Source: Utricularia gibba (Eukaryota; Plantae; Magnoliophyta). From it: a stretch of DNA of 64,000 nt. The position numbers and the translations under genes are program-made. Under the pieces are notes generated by a model. That model searched no databases. It worked only from the letters and a program-made list of their open reading frames with translations, and was not told the DNA's origin. Of this stretch, positions 1 through 13,900 are shown one piece after another; within the stretch, counting starts at the first letter, position 1, and each line of letters begins with the position of its first letter. The stretch is taken from NCBI GenBank assembly GCA_002189035.1, contig NEEC01000012.1:1-64000 (forward strand), given 5' to 3'.

Positions 1-750
1 AACCCTAAACCCTAAACCCTAAACCCTAAACCCTAAACCCTAAACCCTAAACCCTGAACCCTAAACCTAAACCCTGAACCCTAAACCCTAAACCCTAAAC
101 CCTGAACCCTAAACCCTAAACCCTAAACCCTAAAACCCTAAACCCTAAACCCTAAACCCTAAACCCTAAACCCTAAACCCTAAACCCTAAACCCTAAACC
201 CTAAACCCTAAACCCTAAACCCTAAACCCTAAACCCTAAACCTGAACCCAGAACCCGAAACCCGAAACCCTGAACCCGAAACCCTAAACCCTGAACCCTA
301 AACCCTAAACCCTAAACCCTAAACCCTGAACCCTGAACCCGAACCCGAAACCCTGAACCCGAACCCTAAACCCTAAACCCTAAACCCTAAACCCTAAACC
401 CTAAACCCTAAACCCTAAACCTAAACCCTACCCTAAACCCTGAACCCTGAACCCGAAAAACCCTAAACCCTAAACCCTAAACCCTAAACCCTAAACCCTA
501 AACCCTAAACCCTAACCCTAAACCCTGGACCCTGAACCTTGAAACCCTAAACCCTAAACCCTAAACCCTAAACCCTGGACCCTGAACCTTGAAACCCTAA
601 ACCCTGGACCCTAACCCTTGAAACCCTAAACCCTGAACCCTAAACCGTAAACCCTAAACCCTGAACCCTCAACCGTAAAATCTTAACCCTTCTACCCTAA
701 CCCTTAAACCCTTATCCCTAAACTGTAAATCGTGAACTTTATACCCTTAA
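1..750. repeat. Plant-type telomeric array (CCCTAAA)n, nearly pure to ~240, then variant units (CCCTGAA, CCCGAAA, CCCTGGA, CCTTGAAA) degenerating inward
   Basis: Tandem CCCTAAA from base 1, C-rich strand on +, consistent with a chromosome start; variant density rises inward. Confidence 0.98.
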
Positions 751-2449
751 ACCTTAATCTTATACGTCATCTACTTATAGGGAACTTTGAAGGGATATGT
801 GTATCTAGTCATACTCACTCAACACGACATTCCTTAAATACATGTGTTGGTTTGGCGTTGGGAACATAGTGTTGTCATGGAGTTACGTAGAAGAACATTG
901 ATAGAAACTAAGCATGCATGTTAGAACATATGATTGGAGCTTTACGTTACTGGGTTTCTTAGGGACTTGAATGGGTAGTTATCAGTAATGTGTTAGTGGT
1001 ATCATATCGACCTGAGAAGCCTTCACCTTCCCCTCAAATACGCAACTCCTTCAACACAACAGGCTTCGACCTATTATCATCCACACGTATATGCATTTCA
1101 GTGGTTTTGGATGCATCCCATACGAAGGCCAATGAGCTCTTTGCATCTAGCCCGAACACCCACTTGGTTATCTCATTTAGTTGTGTGCTGTAGAAGGTGC
1201 ACATGTTAGAGCATCAGATAAAAGTGCAAACACTACTATTTTCATGAAGTGGGACTTGCGTGCTCCTCGAAGACCATATGCCAACATCAAAGTTTGTGAG
1301 ACACCATTGGATGAACTCACGGGCAAAGGACCTGAGGAAGACTATATATGCAAGGAAAAATCAAGGTATCAGCAAAACATCATACAACTATGCGGCATTG
1401 TAAACATATCTTACTATTTCAGCCATCCAATGCAACCTCTAGTACTTGGCTTTGAAGACAATGTCTGCAAGCACTTCGTTGACATCTATCACATGGAGCT
1501 TGCAAATGCGTTCCTTGATCGAAGTGATGGGGCTAGTGTAGGCCCACTTACTTGCATACCAATCAAGTTTTGCACGTAGTTGAGCATTCTCCTCCAAAAT
1601 TTTATTCACGTCCACACCAACACTTGGATGCGGATTGATTGTCTTTGTCCACATTGCTCCCTGCAACCCTCTATGAGTCATTAGCAAATGCTTGTGACAT
1701 CTCTTCCTCAATGATCACATCGTCAGGTTTTGAGCGCTCGCGCATAACTCTACCTTAACCACACCAAAAGTGCCAAGTACTAGCAACCTCCACCATAGGG
1801 GGTACTATGTCGCTCAAGACCTTGCTCTTTTCATTAAACATACTTAACAAAGCATCCACTTCCTGCCTTGGCATTCTATCAAATCCTACAACACGATTCA
1901 CCAGATAACATAAAACAACATACGCTAGCAATGCAATTGTACTACATGGGTTGTTGCCCTTTACCTTTCCAATCATCTTCGAAGAGCCAAGAGTAGTTGG
2001 AATCCGTAGGTCTTCAGGCGGACAAACCCAAATGAAGCTTGTCCACCAAGCATCATATCCATTTCGAATAGAAGTCACAAGTGCAATACCTAGCTTGTCT
2101 TTCCAATTTCAAGCACACACACTTACAAAACACTTTTCACGAAAAACAACTCCCTGAAATCGATACTCGTATTACGCTCTTTTGTGTTTTACGTTTTATA
2201 TATTTAAAATTTGTTAAGGAAACGACACGCAACAACCACCCATAAGAGCCATCGTTAACTATCTCCAAAATGCATGGACCTGGAATGACTATGCCACACC
2301 TTGTGGAATGTGGATGTCATAGTCATTATCAAGTTGTAGAAGTCATAAAAAAAAAGACATCTTTCTATTCTTTTTATAGAAATACAAAGATTCGCTATCT
2401 TTTAACCGGAAATAAAGAGTCAATAAGGAGATATTTTCTCTTCATCCGA

Positions 2450-5100
2450 GGTTCATTTCATTCATGAGGATCTACCATTGCTATTTTATTGAATAAGAGG
2501 AATCCCTTGGATATGGAGTTTTCTTGATCATCAATACAACCTATCCAACATAGAACCGATCGAATTCTCTTTCTCAAGATATCTTCCAAACTCTTGGGGT
2601 CATAGCTCCCCTTTAGGGTTCTTTGCACCTAGATAGTACCAGGACCCCCTCACTGAAGTTATTGATTCTGTCACCTACTTGACTTAGGTTCAAATCAATA
2701 TGAATAGGAAGAAACCTCTGCTAGCATTCTCCACCCTCTTCATCTCTACCAGGGCTCCCTGCTCTCCTTAGTGAAAATCGTACACATTTTTTACTGTTAC
2801 TTAGTATTGGCAAATGATGGTGTGCAATGTCAACCATAGACCTCCATCTTTCTTTCTACGTGTTCCAGTTTCTTTGGTCACTTTCAATCATTACTAATTG
2901 GTATCTTTATTTATGCATCAATGACGATAGCAGCATTCGCCATAGTTTCAGCATTATTTTAGATATATATGATTACAATTATCTACTCTCCCAAGAGAGT
3001 AAAACAACCTGAATCCTAGGAGCTAATCCAAAATCACCTATTCGATTGACAAGCATAGCACACACTAATCCCTACAAGTGCCCCTAGTAGGCTGACCGCC
3101 CTACCTAAACCAATCATCATATCAGTCCCAAGGCCCTTTTATGCGAGGCTATTTGATAGTCAGAATTGTAGAAGGAGACAAGTCCATTAGTAAGTCGTCG
3201 GCATAGAGGGGATAGTTGTCATTTTTCTAATACTATTCGTTCTTCTTTTTCAATATAGTTGTAGAAAATCAAATAAATAATAGTATAAAACTTGTTTGGT
3301 TTAGCTTATCAATAGAAATACACATAAATCAACAAATAATTCAGAAACTAAAGAAATGCAATAACTTGAATAAATATAATCACATAAAAGTAGACAAGTT
3401 TAAGTGAATAACCACAAAATAAAATAAAATATCTTTAAATTCGTATATGTAAAATGATAAAACCTTTGTTAAATCAAGAAGGATGTCATAGGTTGCAATG
3501 TATATATTTTACTCTTTCAACAATACCCTCGACTCCTTCTCTTCGTGCAAAATCACCAATTGCCTATCCAAGTGTTTGGGTACAATACTTTAGCAAAAAA
3601 AATAAGAACTCAACTCTTACTTGATGGAGGAGAATAGGTTTACATGTTTGAAACTAAAAACATAGAGATTGGGATTTACCAAGTTAGGGTTGAGGAAATT
3701 TATATTTGATTTTTACCCGAATCTAATTAAGAACCAATTGGGTAATCGATTTTGGTTCCTAATCGATCTCAATCCAGATATAGATATAAAAATCATTAAT
3801 AAGGTTTGGTTTCAGTTTTTGTTAGTATAGGATTGAACCCAGCCTATGATATCCCTAGATACTATGTCAAAAGAGTTTATCCTTCTTCTCTCAAAAATAA
3901 TATTGTAGGCCATTCAAGATTGCAACACAATGAATTCACAATCTTTTGATTACAAGAACTTTTCATAAGCTTGAGTAAATTTCAACATCACCTTACCAAC
4001 AAGAATGATGGAATGCTGGTCATAAAACCATATACAGGCTTTGAAAGATAGGATGTCTTCTTCATTCATACCAAATTGCTGCACCACATCATCAAGAATA
4101 AGGTTATATGAGCTTCCCTGATCCACTAAAATGTAATTGATCTTAGTCATATTGACATATTCTAAAAGGATGAGGGATCATAGATGGGTTACAATAGATC
4201 CACAACATCATTTGGTCCATAAGAGATGGACATATCTGTAAACATGTGATTATGAGAAGTCTCCTCAATGTGTAAATGACTAGTTTAGTCATGCGATATT
4301 TCAAGCATATTACTCGAGGCTACATATCAATTGGAGTACCTCTAAAAATAGACTTAATTTCCTCTTTGAGATTTTTAACATTGCCTTGCAAGAGGACAAC
4401 CTCTTTTAGGTCTCATTTGGGGCATATAGTATCATACGTGCAATTTGAATGCATAGTATTGAACCAAAGATCCGTTACATGAAAATCCATGTTTTAATGA
4501 GTCAAGCATGATAGCCTCATCTTGCATGTTCATGTGTCCCCATCATTGAGGGTGAAATAGAATACATATTGCTAATCTACGATTTTCTTGATGTATGAAA
4601 AGATGTCAAGTCTTTAGGCCTTGTCACAACCCTATGGTTGGTTGTGTTTGAGGAGTTATCAGGTTTGAAGTCCTTTCTCACATACCAATGGGGAGGTATT
4701 GGATCATTGTCTCGTCCATAACTTTATTGAAGTAGAGTTTTCCTAAAAGAGCTCTAATACATTGAAAGTTATTTTGCAAAGATCCATTAAAAGTGAAGAT
4801 TACTAAGTGGAGTCTATAGAGGCGAGAATTGCTTGGCAAAGTCCCATTGGTTGATGGGCTAACCCTCATGCACTCTCAAGTTAAGCAGTGTTGAGACTTT
4901 TAACAGATATAGGGTTCACATAATAAGCTTGTTCATCGAATTACATCTCAGAACACTGAAGAGTATGTTTTGTCCCCAATGAACTTAGAACAACCATAAC
5001 CAGGGCTATTGATGGTTACCGAGATGAGAAGAGCACCCCATGGAGGTAGTCCAAGGGAGAAGGCTTCTCAAGTGATTCAATAGATAGTAATGGCTAATGT
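2450..5100 (-). mobile_element. Degenerate Ty3/gypsy (Tat/Athila-like) gag-protease remnant
   Basis: ORF 3950..4150(-) contains ILVDQGSSYNLILDDVVQQFGM, resembling the gypsy aspartic protease motif (ILVDxGSSxN); flanks are riddled with stops; boundaries approximate. Confidence 0.55.
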
Positions 5101-5249
5101 AAATGAGTCACCACCAACTAATCCTCTAAGGCCACATTTATTAGTTGGATATAAATTATTATGATTTAATTAATGCTTAGAATGATGGTTTCTTTGGAAT
5201 CCTGTGTTTGGTAGATAGGTTACAATTATTTGCGATTAGCAACTTTATA

Positions 5250-6330
5250 TGTTTGTTAGATATATTCAAAATTGATATTTGTGAGAAAATATAACAAATT
5301 ATGTAATATATACTCATTGTGTTTAATTTATTATGAAATCGCCTCTTTAGAAACCTATATAAAATGTTTGAAAATTCAAACATCATTGGAATTTCAAAAC
5401 CCTTGTGATGCTGCAATCGCATTGCGATGCCATTGGCCTCTTGCAGAATTATTTGATGGATCAGATTTGATCGAAGGAAGAATTGGGAGTTGGGTGTTAC
5501 ATTAAGTAGATGTATTTGAAAAATATCTAAGAAATTCGTTTTATTATCTGTCTGAATGGCATGCAATTGTCATTTTGATATGTGATTTATTTATCAATAG
5601 ATTTGTAACACATTTTTTGGATAATTGCGACTCTTTTTTTATTAGAATGTTGTTATATTTTTTGAGGATTTGGATATATCTATGTGTGTATGGTTTATTT
5701 GTTGATTGGGTATTTGTTTTGTGTTGTTGCAATGGTTGTAATGCACATAACTTCAATGAAACACACATGTGGGAGAAGTGGTGATAACAACAAGATCAAA
5801 AAACAATGGAAACCTGATGGAGAATGGTTTCTCAACAAGTCAGGTACCGACTTTGATAACTCCACTAATATGGTGGATGCTAGTAAAGATCTATGGGTTG
5901 AGTTCAAATATATATTATTATTAAGATTCAAACTTTCATTGTGTGTGCAACATAATGAGAAGATATACAATGTATTGAGGTTTAAGAAGTTGCCTTATTA
6001 TTAAGATTGGTGCATCATATTTGATAAAGATAGAGCAACTTGAGATTTTGCTAAGAGTGTCCCTAACACTACTCATGTTGCACAATGAATTGATGAATAT
6101 ATAGTTGGGTTTGAACAAGCATCACAATTTTTGAAATACCCAAAAGGTGAGTTTGACTTGAAAATAAATGACTTACAACCATCAAATGATGCATCCTCCA
6201 CATATGATGTGTATCTCTCATCATATGTTGGAAACCACACAAGTAATCGGTCTATGTGAACAAGTGGTGATGAGATGAGAAAGAAAAGAAAGAGGAAAAA
6301 TCTGGAATTCAATACCTTGGTGGAAGAGAT
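5250..6330 (+). mobile_element. PIF/Harbinger-like Myb/SANT ORF remnant
   Basis: ORF 5684..6004 has FLNKSGTDFDNSTNMVDASKDLW, resembling the Myb/SANT-like domain of Harbinger ORF1 (SGxGxDxxTxMVxASxxxW); a basic RKKRKRK-type tract lies near 6280. Confidence 0.45.
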
Positions 6331-6349
6331 GAAAGAAATGTGTAAGTGA

Positions 6350-7720
6350 ACGAATGATTAATAACACATGAATTTTCTTATTATTAGAATAAGAAAATTA
6401 TGCTTTGAATCATGTTTTAAGTGTTTATTTTATATTTTTTAGTATTTTTATCAAATTTTAGGACATAATGTGATTTTATGTGTTAATGGGCTAAATCCTT
6501 TGATTTAGCCCATCCCATGTTATTAACATTTTTTTCTAGTCTAGCAGCAAAGTTCTAAAATCAAAGAGGAAGCATGCATTTCGTGCATGTAGAGATTTGG
6601 AAGAATGGGCAACATTAAAAGATGTATAATGCATTGTTCTACTATCCACAGTTTGCAGGTTCAGGCCAGGAATAGTGCTGGTGTTAGGAACAGTGCAATG
6701 GAGTAAAGAAGGGGAGATATTTTTCGAAAAAGAGAAAACGCGTAGCGAACAGAGGAGTGCACGAGGGGGGCTTCTCCCCCAACATGAAGAGTATTGAACC
6801 AGGAGAGGAGAAGAAGAACTTCATCCTCAAGAATAGCATCAAAGCCCAGTCCAGCGCTACTGTTCCGGCTCCGGAACAGTAGCAGATAGAAACGAAAACC
6901 CTTACTACTTTACTTTAGTTTGTTGATGTTTTTAGTTTCTGCAACCCACTTCTGTACGATGTTCTTGACATTTTCGTTGTTTTATGTTAATGTCATTACT
7001 CTTTACCTTCCAAATATGAGTAGCTAGAACCTTAGAGATGCCTTAAGGTGAAGCATGGTGATGGGGATCTAGGAGTCTTAATAAAAATTCATCATTGTTT
7101 CTTAGCTCTTGTTTCTATTAATCCATGGGTAGACCTAAGAAGGAGAACAAGTAGTTTCACAACTGAGATGTTTGGTTTAGAGGTAGACCAACAAATCAAG
7201 ATGGGAGCAGTAGATGTTAGTCCGGGGTAGAACTGAGTAGATCTAGTTCTATATGTTTTGCATGCGGGGAGACCTAAGTGCAATGTTGGTGATTATATTA
7301 GGGACTAGTTTAGCCGAAAATATGATGAATGACCTGGGTAGACTTAGATTATTTGAAGTTGTGAGTATAGGAATATGGTAAATTAAATTAGACACCTTAG
7401 CATCACACCACCTGCAGACCCTTAAGGCATCTTCATATTATTTTGAGTTAGAACCAGTACTTGTTACCTTTCGCATTTAAGCCTAATTTTGTTTACTGAA
7501 CTTATTTGTCACTACTAGTCCGAACTTAGACTAAGACCTAATGTTATTCGGAAAACTGCATCTGCTGAAACAGTTAGCAAGCACAAACTCCTTGTGATCG
7601 ACCCCGAAATCCACTATACAAGTTTTCTAAATTTGTCTTTTGTGTAGATTAGGGCTTATAAATTTATTTGATAACAAAATTTCTATTTTTGCAACGACAT
7701 TAGGAAATTTTCATTTATCA
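6350..7720 (+). mobile_element. Solo-LTR-like element (Athila-like)
   Basis: Shares GGCTAAATCCTTTGATTTAGCCC and GGAATAGTGCTGG blocks with 43760-45025, and ATGAGTAGCTA plus a 3' end block with 46390-47405; no ORF. Confidence 0.55.
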
Positions 7721-8639
7721 AATTAAGCACAATGCAACAATCAGAAGTGACATAGTATATATTGAGTAATCCTATCAAACCACAACTCTTCCTTGACTGC
7801 AATGTGGAGCATGACGTTATGGTGTTAAAGATTGCAAAAAAAAAAACCATGTTATACAAATTTGTAATGGGATAATATAATCTTATATGTCTAGCTGATC
7901 TACTATAAAAACATACACATCAACTTTTATCAATGGAATTAAAGGGTTAAACCCACATAACATACATGGCCTAAAAGCTATGCATGAAGCACGCTAGTAT
8001 GGGAAGATCAACTTCATGGAATGGATAAAAGACGTATGATTTGTGAGTCATATCTTCTTTGGTTTAAATCCATCTCCTTACCTAGCGTATGTTTCTTTGA
8101 CATTTTCTCTACTTTGAGCCTATGACTCTTGTCATGTTGGCATGATTGACATTTGTTTCTTCAAGGCTATGACTTCATGTCTATGATTATTGTTTGTCGA
8201 GAGTTATACTTTACATAATGGATGCCCCGCAACTACATAGCTTGGGACGGGAGAATTTCTGAGCCCTTAGCTTTGATCAGATATTCATGACCCTTGGGTA
8301 TGGGTTCTTCTTGGGATTTGAGAAATCTTGTGTCCCGTAAACAATTTGGTTTCCTTAGAAGTATCTATTTGTTTGATCTTGATGGCAAGCTTTCCTTCTC
8401 TCTTCTTGCATGTTGTTGCTAGGGTGTTGTGTAATACCATGCTAATCAATCAATTTGTGTCTTCAATGGATTGGTAATAATATTCTTGTCCAAATCGCAT
8501 GGGCCAAGATAATTTCTCAATGTTTCCATCATCCCCTTCAAAATAAGTGAAATACCTTGTATCACTTTGTTAAATCTCTCTAAGAAGTTTTGAAAGGATT
8601 TTCTTACAAACGCATACTCCAAGACTTCTAATTCCATTT

Positions 8640-9660
8640 TTTTATCTACTTTTTGAAGATGAACTTTAAATTTTTATTAATTTTAGTATTGTTTATATTT
8701 TTATGTATAATATGGATTAAATTGATGATTATTAATGTTTTTCTAAGTGTTAACAGTAGTATTATGAATCAAATTAAACTAATTTGAGTGTACAAAGTCG
8801 ATGGGACACAATACACAAGAGGTGATGTTGCCCCCTTCCTCTAGATTCAGACCAGCAGCACAAGGATGCCAGAAATAATAATATATTTTGAAAAATGAAA
8901 GAAACAAAAAGGAGGGGGCCAAGATATTTTTGGAGAACGCAACCAAGGAGGGGGAGGGAGAAGACCATTTAGGAGGAGATTTCGACTTGTAACTTTTTAA
9001 GCACTTAACCTCAACTCCATGCTACTTTTTCGAGTCATAAATAGTAGGTGATGGAAAATTCAGAATTTAATTTTATTTTCTTTATGCATTGTGAATATTT
9101 TATGTTTCTTGTTATACTTTCGAAGTTATGACTATGAAGATACATTTACTTTCAATTTATGAAGTCATGACTCTACCCTCCAAGTTTAGGAGATGCTTTG
9201 GTATGTATGAATGTGGTGTGGAATCAAGTTTATGGTTTTGATCTTAATTTTTGCATGGATGCTATTTATTTTATCATGCATCAGGTAGACCTAAGGGATA
9301 GAATAACTAGTAGCATAGCAACCGAATTTGAGGGTATACCAAAGAGTGAGAACGAATAGATTAGGTGGTACTTTCGAGTAGTACCAATAAAGTAGACTTA
9401 GCTCTATTTATTCTCACAAATTGGTAGATCAATGAGTAAAAAGGGTAGGAAAACTAGAGATTATTATAGCCAAAAATATAGAAAATGACTTAGATATACT
9501 TAGGCTATATCGATTTATATGAGTCTCAAATTACAAATTGAAATTGATAACTTATCTACCACATCACTTGAGTTATCTTAAAACATCATAATTTTAATTT
9601 GCGCAAAAACTTGAGTTTGTTACTTTTTGAATTATTATCTAATTTAGATTATCGATTCTA
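8640..9660 (+). mobile_element. Degenerate LTR fragment related to 6350-7720
   Basis: GTCATGACTCTACCCTCCAAGTTTAGGAGATGC resembles GTCATTACTCTTTACCTTCCAAATATGAGTAGCTAGAACCTTAGAGATGCC near 6990; non-coding. Confidence 0.35.
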
Positions 9661-9676
9661 GATACTATCTTTAGTT

Positions 9677-9929
9677 TAGTCTAGAGTAGTGTTTTGAAAA
9701 ATTTTTAAAAGATATTTCTATTTTTTTAAAAGTAAAAATAGTTTTGTTCTAGAATATTTTTAATTGTAAAAGTAATTCTATCAAAAACACTTTTAAAATT
9801 ATAACTATAAAAGTTATTTTTGAAAAAGTAAGGAATTTGTTACTTTTATTTTTTATTTTTACTTTTCAAAATTATTTTTGAAAAGTAAAAACAAGTTTCA
9901 AAAATTTTACAGAACACTACTTTGGACTA
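9677..9929. mobile_element. MITE (~250 bp, Tourist-like)
   Basis: Terminal inverted repeats TAGTCTAGAGTAGTGTTTTG and reverse complement TAGTCCAAAGTAGTGTTCTG (17/20); AT-rich interior with TTTTGAAAA repeats. Confidence 0.6.
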
Positions 9930-10956
9930 GAAGTGAAACTATTCTGTTATTTTGCATCTAAAAAAATATCTTGTAAACATATGCTTTTCGTGATTAACCT
10001 TGATTATCTTATACATTTTATTTCACAAAATATTTCTTTTTTTATAAGGATTATAAATTTCATTAGACACGAAAATTAAATTTACAATGATATTTATCAA
10101 AATTTTTGTTTATCATATTCTAATCATCCCTCCACTTTATTATCAGACTTCTACTTATTTTATGACTATCCTTGTGATGTTATCGAGCTTTGGTTTGGGG
10201 ATTTTTGGAAAACATGGAGATCTATGAAATAAATTGATGTGGGTGAGAAGGTGTGTTTTATTATATTTGAAAGAATATGCCATTTGTTCATTGTAAAAAA
10301 TAATTTTTTCTACATTTTCAATACTATGTGGTATTTTCAGATTTTTGAACGATAATTTGAAAACTAATGAATGAAAATAGAAAATTTCTGTTTTGCTATT
10401 ATGAAATCAATCCAGTTTCATTTATATTAGTCTGAATTGGCATAACATAAAAAATCGATTTTTCATGTTTGATTAAAATTAAAACAAATAAACTTTAATG
10501 AAAAAAGTAAAAAAGGTGATTATTTTATTGAAATTATCTATATGCTTTTATTGTATGGATGTGTATGGCCGGGTGTTATTTCTTATCCAACTGAGTTTGT
10601 TGGGTCCATGGACTGTTAATAAAATTGGGGGCCTTCGCTTTTGTAACTCTTGAATCATCAACTTTACAGTTGCTTTTTCAAACTTCTTGCGAGCAGTGCT
10701 CTCGGAGTTTCACAAACAGAAGGGCACGTTGCCCAGGTGTTGTTCCTTCGTCATCATCGTATTTCTCAGATGACCAAAATCCTCTATGGAGGATATAATA
10801 GCAGCATTCCCCTCCATCAGCACCTTCGTACTGTGGACAAGCGGGCTGTGCTGCGTCCCCACTTTGAATGAACCAGCACGCCCCTAAAGTTCGGGTTCGC
10901 TCTGCAGGCTCTTCGAGCCAGGAAACAAGCTCGCTACGACGCTAAAACGGACGGTA

Positions 10957-13900
10957 TTACAGACGCCCTTCCCAGTTTTCGACTGGACACGCATTGAGCC
11001 ACTGCACAGACTTCAGACGGGCGATGATCTGAGCGAAAGATGGTCGATCCCATGTATTTCTGCACAAGATCTTTCATTACTAGAATACCAGTGCCACATT
11101 CGACCAGTGAGGATCAAGAGCATGAATTCGGAGACGTACATGTTCCAACAGTCGCTTATTATTTCCGCCACAACAGGGTCGACGGTGGGCGGGATTTCAA
11201 GGTGTCGTCCCTGGAATCCAACAGCTCCGACCACCTGCATCGAATTCAGTCCTGCCCAGGGTACTTGAAGAGTTGCCAGCTCCCATAATATGACACCGTA
11301 GCTGTACACATCAGATCTGCAAATGACGTTACCACAAAAGTCAGATGAAAACGGAAGGCCAGTCTTGTTGAAAATCAAACCACGAAGGCTACTCACTTCT
11401 CATTTGATGGCTCGTTTCTTAGAACCTCTGGAGCCATCCATTCTGCCTGCATCCGGGACAAAGAAACCATTATTTTAAGGTTACTAAGGCTTCGAAAAGG
11501 CTGAAAAGAAACAATAACTAAAGGAAGGCATTACTGTTCCAGCAGCGGACTTCGAAGTTAGAAAAGTATGGTGCTGCAGACGTGACATTCCAAAATCACA
11601 AACCTATCATATCATGCACGAAAGATTTATGCTAAGACATCACATCAATTTATGATGAAAGAAATGCAAGTAGAGAAGAATGGTACACCTTAACCGTCCA
11701 GTTTTTATCAACAAGGAGATTTGGAGTCTTCAGATCTCGGTGTACGATTGTGGGGTGGCTGGTATGCAAATAATTCATTCCCTTAGCCTGAAAAATTGCT
11801 GGAAAATTTCACTACCTAAAAACAAACCTAACAGCAGCCATAAAGTGAGTACTGGTCAAATTAATACCACATCAAGTGCCATTTTGATTCGTCTTTTTTC
11901 ATCTATCAGGAAACTTGGCCTGTGTAGGAGCTTATATAAACTTCCCCTGATGTGTGTGTGAGAGAGATGATATTAAAAACGAGATGAAGGAAAAAGCTTT
12001 GTTATCAAAAAATTTTGTTACGGAATTCAAAGCTGCCAGATTGCAGATGTAATGAATCAGAATGAAGGTTATAGAATTTAGACATCCAATGATAACCTTG
12101 GAAGAAACTCTGTTAATATAGACATATTTGGAGGCCGTGTAACAGCGCCCATGAATAGAACAACATTAGGATGTCTGAGCCTTAACATGATCTCAACCTA
12201 CATCATGAAAAGACACGATATTCAATCCCTAGAAATTAGTATTCTCAGTGTATACAATATAAATGACTGTTACAAAGTTTTCTACTGTCACAACTTCACA
12301 TTTCCATTTATTCGGACAATTTACCTCACATTTAAATTGAGCAAGTGCATCACCAGAAATTTCTTGATTCATAAACTTCTTCACAGCAACTTCCTGTCGT
12401 TGAACGAAGAGCCTCCATGAGTGAATGCACAAGTAAGAATATTTAGAATTCACTGGTAAAGGAAGAAAACCAAAGCCATATAATTCACAAGAAGCCACAA
12501 AAGATGCAAAGGACCTCACGAAACAAAAGCAAATAACAATAATGTAGATTTATGCGACACAAAAACGCAAATTAGAAATTTAAATATGCCACTACCGTGC
12601 CATTCCATTCAGCCCTGTAGACCTCACCATATGACCCTGCAAAATATATAGGCAGTTAATGCGTTCATTAGAGACTGATTTGAAGACCAGCATTTATCAA
12701 AAAACTAGTGCCTTTCTAAGTAATAAAATTTTGTAAGACCAACGCATTGCACATCTGCAATCAAATATTGCAAACTACCAAAACATGAAATTTCGCTAGC
12801 AAAAAACAAATAAGTAAAACTAGAATACGCTTAAAAAAAGGAACTTCCAAAACTTTTACCTATACCAATCCTTTCACCAATTCGAAGGTCCTCCCATACA
12901 ATTTCAGCCACACCATCAATCATGGAATCAATTTGAAAATTTTGAAATCTGGTAGCACTGTTATAACTTGATGATGGCATAATATACTGCACATTCTCAG
13001 ATAAATCTGCAAATCTTGAGCCAGAAGAATTGATATCATTCGGTGTTCCTTCATTTTTTGATGTCACGGACAAATTTTGCTCTCCCAAGACACTGGAAGA
13101 TGCTATATTCCCACCACCCCACACTTCAAGCAGGTTTTCTCCCAATGGTCCATCTGAGGACTTTTTTCTGAAGGCATAAGCTGTGTCAAACGGCTGAAAT
13201 TCATTCATAGCTAGACAGGGGTACTCATCTTGAGATTCCTTATGTGGGGCAAATAAAATGCCATTACAATCTGAACTATTTTTTCCCACCAATTCATCAA
13301 CTCCAAACTCATAAACCCTGGTTCCAGATGAGGACGCACTTTTATCCAAAGAAGCAATACGAGATTCTCTATTTAAAACAGGTTCTTCGGCAGTAAAACC
13401 TGAATCTGGTTCCAACCACTTTTGGTTGCCACCGACAATTGACATTCCATACTCCTGACTCAACTGGACATTCTGGGTTTCCAATAACGTATTGGTAGTT
13501 CTCATATTGGATCCAATTGTAGCCAAGGAAGTCCTTGAGTTCAATTGAGTGACCCCAACCTTAGGAAACTCATCTATGGCAGGCAAGAATGACTTCACTC
13601 TACCACTGATATCATATGGAATAGATGAACTCGTGTCATTACATGTGAGCGTACAAGTGTCACTTGGAGTTAATACAATATTTGGAGGTGGACTAGGGAC
13701 CTCAGAAGGAATGAGTGAGCCTGGAGCACCCATAAGATCAATGATATATTCACTGAAAACCAATAAGAAATCAGCGTGAACATCATACTCCACCTAAAGC
13801 AGGAAAAGGAAAACTGAAAAAATTCAACTCAAATCTACAGTTATACTAGCAAAACAAAAAATAACATATAATGCCAGATCCAAGTAACAAAGATTTTCCC

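Noticed and set aside
2330-2700. Possible plastid DNA insertion
   Set aside because: No frame matched plastid proteins I recall; more consistent with the adjacent decayed retroelement. A BLAST would settle it.
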